Part shown: positions 27,446-37,719 of the stretch, one piece after another
How positions within the stretch are numbered: the stretch's first letter is position 1
Layout of the letters: each line of letters starts with the position of its first letter
NCBI RefSeq assembly: GCF_009914755.1
Contig: NC_060938.1
From: the human T2T-CHM13v2.0 reference genome, Homo sapiens
Direction: 5' to 3' (one strand)
Length of the DNA: 64,000 bases
Program-made: the position numbers and the translations under genes
Notes under the pieces: model-generated
What the model was told of the DNA's origin: nothing
Database searches by the model: none
Seen by the model: the letters and a program-made list of their open reading frames with translations, nothing else

Positions 27446-28373
27446 AGTAAAACAAATACACAGAGATAGTTTCACCCGTTGCACTTTACTGTCTACTCCA
27501 CAATGCTAGGTTCTGCCATTCTGCTAGAAAATAATTACCAAAGAGTACTTCTGAGGTATTGAGAGGAGGTGCCAGCTGGGCTTCCCCTGTCGAGTAGGGG
27601 CTCAGAAAGCTGTGAAACTCACTTATTTCCTGCATCAGGACTTACTTCCATCTTGGATGAATAATATTGAAGATATATGCTTAAAACATTCCTAATGAGA
27701 GGCGACAACGTGCTGGCGGCCCTCGCTCGCTCTCAGCGCCTCTTCAGCCTGGGCATCCGCTCTAGCCACGCTTGAGGAGCGTGGCTGCACTGTGCTGCAG
27801 TGTGGCTGCACTTCAGCCCACCGCTGCACTGTGGGAGCTGCTCTCTGTGCTGGCCGAGGCCGGAACTGGCTCCCTCTGCTTGCAGGGAGCTGTGGAGGGA
27901 GAGGCGCGCGTGGGAACCGGGGCTGCCCCACGGTGCTCGCGGGCCAGCGCGAGTTCTGGGTGGGCGCAGGCTTGGCGGGCCCCACAGTCGGAGCTGCCGT
28001 CAGGCACCACCAGCCCTGGGTAGTGAGGGGCTTAGCACCCGGGCCAGCAGCTGCGGAGGGTGCGCCAGGTCCCCCAGCACTGTCCGCCCACCCACGCCGC
28101 CTTTGAATTGTAGGCAGGCCTCAGCCGCCTCCCCACAGGGCAGGTCCTGGGACCAGCAGCCGGCTATGCCCAAGCCCCGCCTCCCCGCCCAAGCCCCGCC
28201 TCCCCACCCCACTGTGGGCTCATGCAGCGGCTACCCCCTGCTACATTGCGTCCAGTCCCATTGACCGCCCTAGGGTTGAGGAGTGCAAGCACATGGCGCA
28301 GGACTGGCAGGCAGCTCCGCCTGGGCCATGGCGCAGGATCCACTATGCAAAGCCAGCTGGGCTTCTCAGTTGA

Positions 28374-28870
28374 GTGGGGACTTGGAGAACTTTTATGTCT
28401 AGCTGGAGGATTGTAAATGCACCAATCAGCACTCTGTGTCTAGCTTGGGGTTTGTGGATGCACCAATCAGCACTCTGTATCTAGCTAATCTGGTGGGGAC
28501 TTGGAGAACTTTTATGTCTAGCTGGAGGATTGTAAATGCACCAATCAGCACTCTGTGCCTAGCTTGGGGTTTGTGGATGCACCAACCATCACTCTGTGTC
28601 TAGCTCAAGGTTTGTAAACACCAATCAGCACCCTGTGTCTAGCTCAAGGTTTGTAAATGCACCAATCAGTGAGTGCTCTGTGTCTATCTAATCTAGTGGG
28701 GACTTGGAGAACTTTTGTGTCTAGCTCAGGGATTGTAAATGCACCAATCAGCACCCTGTCAAAATGGACCAATCAGCTCTCTGTAAAACAGACCAATCAG
28801 CTCTCTGTAAAATGGACCAATCAGCAGGATGTGGGTGGCGCCAGATAAGGGAAGAAAAGCAGGCTGCCCC
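28374..28870 (+). promoter_or_regulatory. LTR12 enhancer/promoter array with CCAAT (NF-Y) boxes and GATA site
   Basis: Nine intact CCAATCAG plus one mutated copy (ccaaccatc); agataag at ~28843. NF-Y use by LTR12 is established; activity of this copy is not shown. Confidence 0.7.
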
Positions 28871-29201
28871 AGTCAGCAATGGCAACCTCCTTGGGTCTCC
28901 TTTCATGCCGTGGAAGTTTTGTTCTTTCACTCTTTGCAATAAATCTTGCTGCTGTTCACTCTTTGGGTCCACGTTGCCTTTATAAGCTGTAACACTCACC
29001 ACAAAGGTCTGCGGCTTCGCTCCTGAAGCCAGCAAGACCAAGAACCCACTGGGAGGGACGAACAACTCCAGATGTGCCACCTTTAAGAGCTGCAACACTC
29101 ACCACGAAGGTCTGCAGCTTCATTCTTGAAGCCAGTGAGACAACAAACCCACCAGAAGGAAAAAACTCCGGACACATCATCTTTAAGAACTGTAACACTC
29201 A

Positions 29202-29725
<524 letters not shown>

Positions 29726-30152
29726 TTACCTATACTCCCAATTCCAATTTCTTGTAAACATACTTTGTAACGTCCTGTGAGATCCTGTCTCCTTTGCCAT
29801 GCCGCTGCAAGGTCATGAAGTAAATGAAACCTAAGTTGCAATTCTGGTTTTCCTCAAAATCTAAGACATGTCACAAAATAATTTGCTGCCTTTGTTTCTC
29901 GCTCTGGTATCATCTTCCCGCTGCACGTATTTCGTGACTTAAAAGAGTTTAAAAGGCAATCATATAATCTAACTCTGGCTACCTTTTCGGGACCCCTTCC
30001 ACACTGTGGGACCTTTTTACTTTCACTCTGCTCAATAAAGCCTACAGCTTTTTCTCTTTTGGTCTGTGTCTCTATCACTCGCCGCGGTCAGCTGCCGCAC
30101 CACCGCATCAATTCTTTGGCATGGCTAGGCAAGAACCTTAGGCGTTACATCT

Positions 30153-30170
30153 TGGCGAGCCAGCCAGGAG
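30153..30170 (+). promoter_or_regulatory. Primer binding site, tRNA-Arg(ACG)
   Basis: tggcgagccagccaggag is the reverse complement of the 3' 18 nt of tRNA-Arg-ACG as I recall it (ctcctggctggctcgcca); starts 3 nt after the LTR end. Confidence 0.88.
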
Positions 30171-30201
30171 TCTCCAGGAAAGACATCTAGGTCATCACGT
30201 G

Positions 30202-30207
30202 GTGAGT
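30202..30207 (+). promoter_or_regulatory. Probable major retroviral splice donor
   Basis: TG|GTGAGT ~30 nt downstream of the PBS. Confidence 0.6.
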
Positions 30208-30498
30208 ACAATCGGACCTCTTTCACTTGCTATTGTGTCCTGTCCTTCCTTGGAATTTGGAGGCTAAACACCGGGCACCTGTCAGCCACTTAAAGACAAT
30301 TAGCATGACCGTGGGACTAAAAACACTGGTATCAGCCTCTCTGGGAAAGGGCTCTCTAACAACTTCCAACCCTTCGGAGTTGGGAGCATTGGTTTGCTTG
30401 GAACCCCTTCTAACTCTTTCGCTTTCCGTGGTGGTCCCGAAGTACACCTGGGAATGCTCAGCGGATGTCTTGGTCTCCCAGATATCCTGATTGAGACC

Positions 30499-31381
30499 AT
30501 GGCCCTGCCACAGGCTCCCCCTGCGGGGGTTAGTGAGCAGGAGACAGCCACATCTTCTGACTCCTGCCTCCTGGGTCCTAATGTCCGCCGATTAAACTTC
30601 TTTCCTCATCTCCTAAGCAAGGTTATTCCCGTTCTGCAGGATCAAGATTCCCTATTTAGAAATCTTAAATTCTAGTGGTGGCACCCAGAAGATCCCCGTT
30701 CGTGGTGCCCGCCAGGGTTTAGGCAGGTGTCGCCATTTGATGGCTATTTTAAAGGGCCAGTTCCCCACCACAGTGATGGTCCCCCACACCAGGAAAATTT
30801 AAAGACAGGTCTGTAATTTTCATGTGGATAGTAGAAGCCTTAGGACATTTCCTCCATTGCTCCCCAGATAGACTTTTGCCTTCCTTGGGGCCTCTCAAGA
30901 ACAATCTGTGGTGCACAGGCACAGGTAGGTCTTAGAGCAGTTGAATTGTTTTTTCAACCATTCAATAATTGGTATTGGATGGAAGAAAATATAGTCAGTT
31001 GGGACACAGGATACTGGTATCACCTTGAGAGGGGGGCTTACTCCTTTAATGGCAAGTGGGAACAGAAGGCTAAAGTACAGCAGCTGTTCTCGGCCCTGGC
31101 CTAGAGGACATCCACCACCCCCTTTAAGCTTACTAAGCCTCCTGTTGCTAATTCAGAGATTTATCCTTGAAGGACAGTTTTATGGCCAGTCCCACATAAA
31201 TTGGGCCTTCGCATGTAAGCATCAATGGTGCCCCCAACCCAGGCCTTGCCACCCTGGAACAGGTAGGACACATTGGCAGAAGGACCACAATAAATCCAAC
31301 ATTCTTTGTGCCCCATTTAGTGGTCAATGGGTGCACAGCAGGGGCAAAGGAAGTTTCCATCTTGCCGGTAAGCAAGGTTAA
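30499..31381 (+). pseudogene. Decayed pre-gag ORF
   Basis: accATGg start; protein-like frames join through one TAG (30673) and three inferred frameshifts (~30775, ~30927, ~31090) to TAA at 31379-31381. Confidence 0.5.
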
Positions 31382-31519
31382 ATCCGGTAGATGGAGAGCT
31401 CAGGAAAAGCAGCCATGAGCTTTGAGGACAATTGGACCTGACCCTTAGGGGATCCCCTAAGGGAAGACGAGTCCCAGAACTAACCAGGGGTGCAGGCATC
31501 TCTGTGTTTAAAATTCCAG

Positions 31520-32196
31520 ATGGGTACCACACTTTCAAAACCGGACACTCCCTTAAGATGTATCCTAACTAGAACAAATTCGACCCTGAGACCTTAAAAA
31601 AGAAGCGGCTGATTTTCTTCTGTACCACTCCCTGGCCAAAGTATTCCTTACAAAATGGAGAAACTTGGACCCCTGAGGGAAGTATTAATTATAACAACAT
31701 TCTACAACTAGATATTTTCTGTAAACAGGAAGGTAAATGGAGTGAAGTCCCTTATGTACAGGCTTTCTTTGCCCTTCGTGACAATACTGCCCTGTGCCAA
31801 GTCTGCAAGCTTTGCCCAAATGACAGAGGCTCACAATTGCCTCCATACTCAGGGCCTCTTCCCTCAGCCCCTCTCTCCTCCCCCAGTGACTCTCCTCCAT
31901 CCAGCCCCACCAAAGTATTAAAGGCACACCAGAAAGAGAATGTAAACTCCGCGAGCCAGGCACCGAAACTATGTCCCTCACAAGCAGTAGGAGGAGAATT
32001 TGGGCCCGCTTACGGGCATGCCCCCTTTTCACTCTCAGGTTTAAAACAAATAAAGGCAGATTTAAGGAAATTCTCGGATGATCCTGATAACCATATAGAT
32101 ATTCTGCAAAGATTGGGGCAGTCCTTTGATCTAACATGGAGAGAGATCATGTTACTTCTTGATCAGACCTTAAATTCTACTGAAAAATAAGCAGCA
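31520..32196 (+). pseudogene. gag: gag remnant (matrix, Pro-rich region, start of capsid)
   Basis: MGTTLSKPDTPLRCIL / frameshift / [18 protein letters not shown]...[14 protein letters not shown]...PPYSGP...[22 protein letters not shown]...[14 protein letters not shown]; W/9-type Gag motifs. Confidence 0.9.
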
Positions 32197-33576
32197 GGGT
32201 GTTATAAAACTGCTTCTCTCTGCTCTCACAATGGCCATACATATCACCAAGGAAAAATGATCCAAGCTGACTGCCCTGAGAAATGGGGAGCCAATGCTTG
32301 CTGGACATATTATACACATATAGGTACGTCTGATGGAGGAGGTGTCCAAGATGAGGCTAAAGAAGGGCATATCCAATCACTTTTAATCCAAGTGATTAAA
32401 AACTTAGTCTAGCTCTCTAGTACTCCCAGTCCATACAAGCAATTTGACCTTTCCAGGCTACAAGAAACCCTTAAGTCTCATTCTCGTCTCTGGAGCCTGT
32501 TAAACACCACCCTTACAGGAATGCAAGAGGCCTCTCCTAGTAATCCAACCAACTGTTGGATGTGTCCCCCTTTCTTTTTCAACCATATGTCCCAGTCCCT
32601 GTCCCTGGACAGTGGAACTTATCCACCCCAGTCCTAAACACCACCAAATCAATCGGTCCCATAGTCACCAATTTACCAGCCACAAAGGCCTCAAATCTCA
32701 CATGTATAAACTTCAGCATGACTCTCAATAAGAACACCTCCCGATGTCAGTCCTAGATATCAGTAACCTCAGGTTTCACCTGTCTAACTTCAGGCATCTT
32801 TTTCATCTATGATAAAACAGCCTATTGATGCCTAAATGGCACTCCAAAAGAATTATGCTTTCTCTCCTTTCTAGCACCTCCCATGTCCATATGTACTGAA
32901 AAAGAGTTACAAAGTCTTCTTATACCCCAATCCCACCACACATGAGCCCTTCCTTATTGTACCTTTTATTGTAGGAGCCGAAATATTGCACAGGCTTGGG
33001 ACTGAAATTGGAGGTATAACCTCCTCCACCCAATTATATTATAAATTATCACAGGAATTAAATGATGACATGGAATGAGTTGCCAACTCCCTAGTGACCC
33101 TACAAGCCCAGCTTAATTCTCTAGCTGTGGTAGTCCTCCAAAACTGAAGAGCCCTAGACATATTAACAGCTGAAAGAGGAGGAACCTGCCTCTTCATAAG
33201 AGAAGAATGTTGCTATTTCATTAACCAGTCAAGAATCATTACTGAAAAGGTCAAAGAAATAAGAGAACGGATAGAAAGTAGGAAAAAGGAGCTTGAACAC
33301 TCAGGACCGTGAAATATGTTTAACCAATGCATACCTGTGACAGCCATCCTACTATTACTCGCCTTTGGGCCTTTCATTTTTAACCTCCTTGTCAAATTGG
33401 TTTCCTCCATGATCGAGGCCATCAAGCTACAAATGGTCTTACAAATGGAACCTCAAATAAGCTCAACTCACGGCTTCTACGGAGGACCCCTGTCTCAACC
33501 TGCTGGTCCTTCGACTGGCCTAAAAATTTCCCCTCTGGAGGACACCACAACTGCAGGGCGCTTTCTTTGCTCCTAA
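32197..33576 (+). pseudogene. env: env remnant (SU without signal peptide, plus TM)
   Basis: SDGGGVQD (32329), CWMC CXXC motif (32554), decayed furin site HHT*AL (32934), ISD LQN*RALDILTAERGGT, CX6CC (33187-33213), syncytin-like tail IEAIKLQMVLQMEP. Several stops and frameshifts. Confidence 0.93.
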
Positions 33577-33639
33577 GCAGCAGGAAGTAGCCAGACCAAC
33601 TGCCGCTCAGTTCCCAACAGCAGTTGGGGTGTCCTGTTT

Positions 33640-33650
33640 AGAGGGGGGAC
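33640..33650 (+). promoter_or_regulatory. Polypurine tract
   Basis: agaggggggac immediately before the TG of the 3' LTR. Confidence 0.85.
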
Positions 33651-34303
33651 TGACAGGTGCCAGCTGGGTTTCCCGAGTCGAGTAGGGGAAACTCACTCAT
33701 TTCCTGCATCAGGACTTACTTCAGTCCTGGATGAATAATGTTGAAAATATATGCTTAAAATATTCCTAACACCAGGATTTGTGCATGTGTTTTCTTCCCC
33801 AAGAAAGCTATCAACAGTGAAAATTTTGCTGTAAGTTTCCCTGTGTCCTCTCTCCCTTCCCCCTCCCCCGAAACTAAAAGGTATGTTAACTGCCCATTTT
33901 TCTGTGACCAGCAGACTTTATCTATACTCCCAATTCCAATTCCTTGTAAACATACTTTGTAAAGTCCTGTGAGATCCTGTATCCTTTGCCATGCCGCTGC
34001 AAGGTCATAAAGTAGATGAAACCTAAGTTGCAATTCTGGTTTTCCTCAAAATCTAAGACATGTCACAAAATAATATTTGCTGCCTTTGTTCCTTGCTCTG
34101 GTAACATCTTCCCGCTGAACGTATTTCCTGACTTAAAGAGTTTAAAAGACAGTCGTATAATCTAACTCTGGCTACCCATTCGGGACCCCTTCCAGAGTGA
34201 AGGCTTTGTACTTTCACTCTGCTCAATAAAGCCTACAGCTTTTTTTCTCTCTCTCAGTCCGTGTCTCTATCACTCCCTGGCGGCAGGAATCTTAGGCATT
34301 ACA
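33651..34303 (+). mobile_element. 3' LTR (LTR30-like)
   Basis: Colinear with the reassembled 5' LTR; AATAAA at ~34225; ends cttaggcattaca. Confidence 0.93.
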
Positions 34304-34879
34304 GTATTACTATCAAGTTGACCATAATTTATTACACTTTCAATGTTTAAACCAAATTTTGACAACTGTCCTCAAGAACTTCAGAATTTAATCACACATC
34401 ATACTTACCAAAGAAACAGGCCCTCAGATATAAATTCTGTCAACTTCATATTCCAGATTTAGTAACTTTTAAAATTTTCTTTTGGTTCTTGCCTGAGAAG
34501 TGCCACTAGTTTTTGCCAAAAATGAGGTTTTCATGTGACCCAGGATTAAAACAACTCCCAAATTTTAGGGAAAAGCCTTAGTCTCTAAATCCTTCCTTAT
34601 CTCTAGAATTGTTCACTCTGCCCCTCTCCTAGGTCTTCTGCCTCTGCATTGAAGCAAGAGTCCTCCCATGGCCACAGATCCTAATTTACCACCCATGTCT
34701 TCTTTATATAGCCAAGATTCTTGAAAGGAAGTACACTTGCTTTTCTTTTGTTTATTAGATTGTTCTTGGCCACAACACTGCTTTAAAAGTGCCACTATGT
34801 TAATCACCTAAAATATTTCTATAAAGAATTATTTAATTAACAACATAAATGCATACTACTGTTTATTGATTTTACCTTA

Positions 34880-35130
34880 TTTCTCAAATACCAACATAGT
34901 CTTGCTATATTCCAAGCACTTTAAAAGTTTTAACTCATGTACTCTTTTGATAAAGAGTGCAATCAACCCTATGAGGTATGTACTATTTCTGTTCCCCTTT
35001 ACAAATGATAAAATAGTCACTGAGAGGATCCATAACTTTTCTAAGGCCACACAGCTAGCAAGTGGCAGAACTAGAATTTGAACACTATCATCTACTTCTA
35101 CAGCATTAGCATCTACTTTTAGCTACCTCT
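34880..35130 (-). mobile_element. MIR
   Basis: caaccctatgaggtatgtactattt...ttttacaaatga...aaggccacacagctagcaagtggcagaactagaatttgaac. Confidence 0.8.
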
Positions 35131-35489
35131 TAAATATTAGCATTTTATAATGTTTAATAATATTTTAAATGCAATCAATAGATAAATGTAAATATCTTCT
35201 TTATCCACCCTTTATCTCCCCAAAATAATAAACATTCTCCCAAATATGCCACCTTCCATTCTATGAATGTTTTATATTACTAATCATGTAAGTGTCCATA
35301 AAATATACTTTATATAAATACTATTATATTTTCTAAAATAGTTTGCAATCTATTTTTCCTTGCTCATTATCCAAGGATAAACTCTAATGCACATTATGAC
35401 TCACATCTTTCTCATACATTCATTTTCACTACTGTATTGTTTCTGTAGTACTAGAATATATTTTTCTGTTTTACTCTTTGTGTCATTCC

Positions 35490-36493
35490 TTTTTTTTTTT
35501 TTTTTTTTTTGGCACAGGTAGCTGAGGTTTGTGTTGGGAAAAAAAAAATTGAATTCTTTTGTAGCTGGAGGCATGGGCAAGGGGGCTACCTCAGGCAGTA
35601 AACTCCCCCGCCAGTGGGCTGAGGGCAAGAGCTGAGCCTCAGGTGGGTCTCCTGTTCCCTGTGCTCCCCTGCGCAGTGGCCTCCCTCAGGGGCTCTGGGG
35701 CAGCCGCAGGAGGGGTATGCTGAGAGGGTCTGCTATGGTTGTTCACTTGGAGCAGGACGTCAGAGGACTCGGACACTAGCTTCCCATCGCGGGTCTCCAT
35801 CTTCACAACCAAGGCCCTGGTGGAGCTGGTGCAGCTGAAGGAGCTGGAGCCCAGCCAGAGCCAAAGCTGGAGCCCGGGCGTAGCTGAGGCCGGGAGTTGT
35901 GAGGTCCCCATAGGCTGAGATCAGGGCATCTGCATAGCCGCTAGTGGTCTTCCCATGGATACTCCTGTTCTGCAATCCAGACTCCAGCAGGCTCTCCTCG
36001 CCCTCCAGCAGCTTCCTGTAGGTGGCGATCTCGATGTCCAGGGCCAGCTTGATGTTCATCAGCTCCTGGTACTCGCCCGCAGCTGCTGCTCCAAGTCCTG
36101 CTTGGCCCGCTGTAGGGCAGCCACCAGCTCGGACAGCTTGGCCTTGGCATCTTTAACAGCTAGCTCCCTGCGCTGCTCGGCAACTGTGATGGAGGCCTCC
36201 AGGGAAGCCCTCTGGCATTTGAGGCCCTCAGTCTCAGCCTGGAGCTGGCTGATGTTCCGATTCATCTTGGAGATCTCAGTCTTTGTGAGCTGCAGGTCAT
36301 CCCCGTGCTTCCCAGCCAGTGTCTGCAGCTCCTCATACTTGATCTGGTACATGCTCTCAGCCTCAGCCCTGCTGTGCTTGGACAGCATCATTGCAAAGGT
36401 CAAGGCGCAGTCCGACGAGATTGCCAAGCGCAGCAGGGCTGAGGTGCGGCCGTTGTCCACGGACAGCACCACAGACGTGTCCCAGATCTGGGA
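35490..36493 (-). pseudogene. KRT8: 5'-truncated processed pseudogene of keratin 8 (coil 2, tail, 3' UTR, polyA)
   Basis: Intronless; [58 protein letters not shown]; polyT at 35490-35510; frameshifts. Symbol is that of the parent gene; the KRT8P number is not determinable here. Confidence 0.96.
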
Positions 36494-36697
36494 TACGGTT
36501 AATTGCCACAGCACCATTTACTAAAGAGTCTATAAAATGTCCCATATGTCTTTAAGCAGTTTTAAGTAGTTTATGCACTTCAATAGCATAGATGCTATAG
36601 CTTTTTAAAAAAATATATAATTATTTGAAATTTATTTTCCAATCATTTAGTTTCGTGAATTTTGAATTTAAAAAATGTTCTTTAAGACCCCTCCTTA

Positions 36698-36875
36698 ACG
36701 GTTGATGGATTTAGCAAGTAGCAATATAAGATGTTCGGATAAATTTAAATTTCACGTAACAATACTTTTTCCCTGTAAGCATGTCCTAAATATTGCATGG
36801 GGCATGATTATAATAAAAAAGTTATTATTTATATGAAATTCAAATTTATCTGGAATCCCTGTCCTTTATCTACTT
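36698..36875. mobile_element. MER53-like palindromic hAT MITE
   Basis: gatttagcaagta...aaatttaaatttca...catgtcctaaatattgcatggggcat...tgaaattcaaatttatctgg. Confidence 0.7.
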
Positions 36876-37359
36876 TTGTTTTTATGATGATTTTTATGAT
36901 GATTAAAACAAAAGTAGAGAACTAAAAATTTATTTTAGTACTTCCTATTGATAAAAATAAAATTAGATGTTAATTATAGAAAGTTCACAAAGCTAAAAAT
37001 TTAGAATAAATTTGAATGGTCAAACCTCAATACCTGTTTTATTGTGAATTTTCAGCATTTACCGCTTAATTTTCATTGATCTTTTGAGACATCCTATATA
37101 TGTTCAGTTCTCTGAATTTCTATTTCATTTCTGTTCTGCAAACCTTTGATCTTGCCTTTTACCAAATTCAATTTTTTTCTTCTTTTTTAACAATAAGTGT
37201 ATTTTGTGTATAATTACCATGTGTTTGAAGCAAAGGGGCTCATAAAATGAATTCATCCAAATGTATTAATCAAAATTCACTCATGAATAACTAATTGCCC
37301 AATCTAGTAACAATTTGACTCCTTATTTTCCTATTCTTTAGGAAGCATTTGACATTTCT

Positions 37360-37645
37360 GGCTGGGCGCAGTGGCTCATGCCTGTAATCCCAGCACTTTG
37401 GGAGGGCAAGGCAGGTGAATCACTGGAGATCAGGAGTTTGAGACCAGCCTAGTCAACATGGTGAAACCCCGTCCCTACTAAAAATACAAAAATGAGTGGG
37501 GTGTGGTGGCACACGCCTGTAATTCCAGCGGCTCAGGAGGCTGAGGCAGGAGAATCTCTTGAACTTGGGAAGCAAAGGTTGCAGTGAGTTGAGATGGCAC
37601 CACTGCACTCCAGACTAGGTGAGAGAGTGAGACTCTGTCTCAAAA

Positions 37646-37712
<67 letters not shown>
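37360..37712 (+). mobile_element. AluSx-type with A/(AT)n/(AG)n tail
   Basis: Full dimer; TSD acatttct(g) on both sides. Confidence 0.95.
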
Positions 37713-37719
37713 ACATTTC

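Noticed and set aside
28374-29200. Regularly spaced repeats resembling a CRISPR array
   Set aside because: These are LTR12 U3 and U5 tandem units; intervening sequence is itself repeated, and there are no cas genes in primate DNA.
32197-33576. Functional syncytin-like gene
   Set aside because: No signal peptide, furin site destroyed, stops in SU and the ISD, frameshifts, shortened membrane anchor.
35955-36524. 189-aa plus-strand ORF
   Set aside because: Antisense shadow of the keratin coil coding sequence plus the inverted block; no independent evidence.
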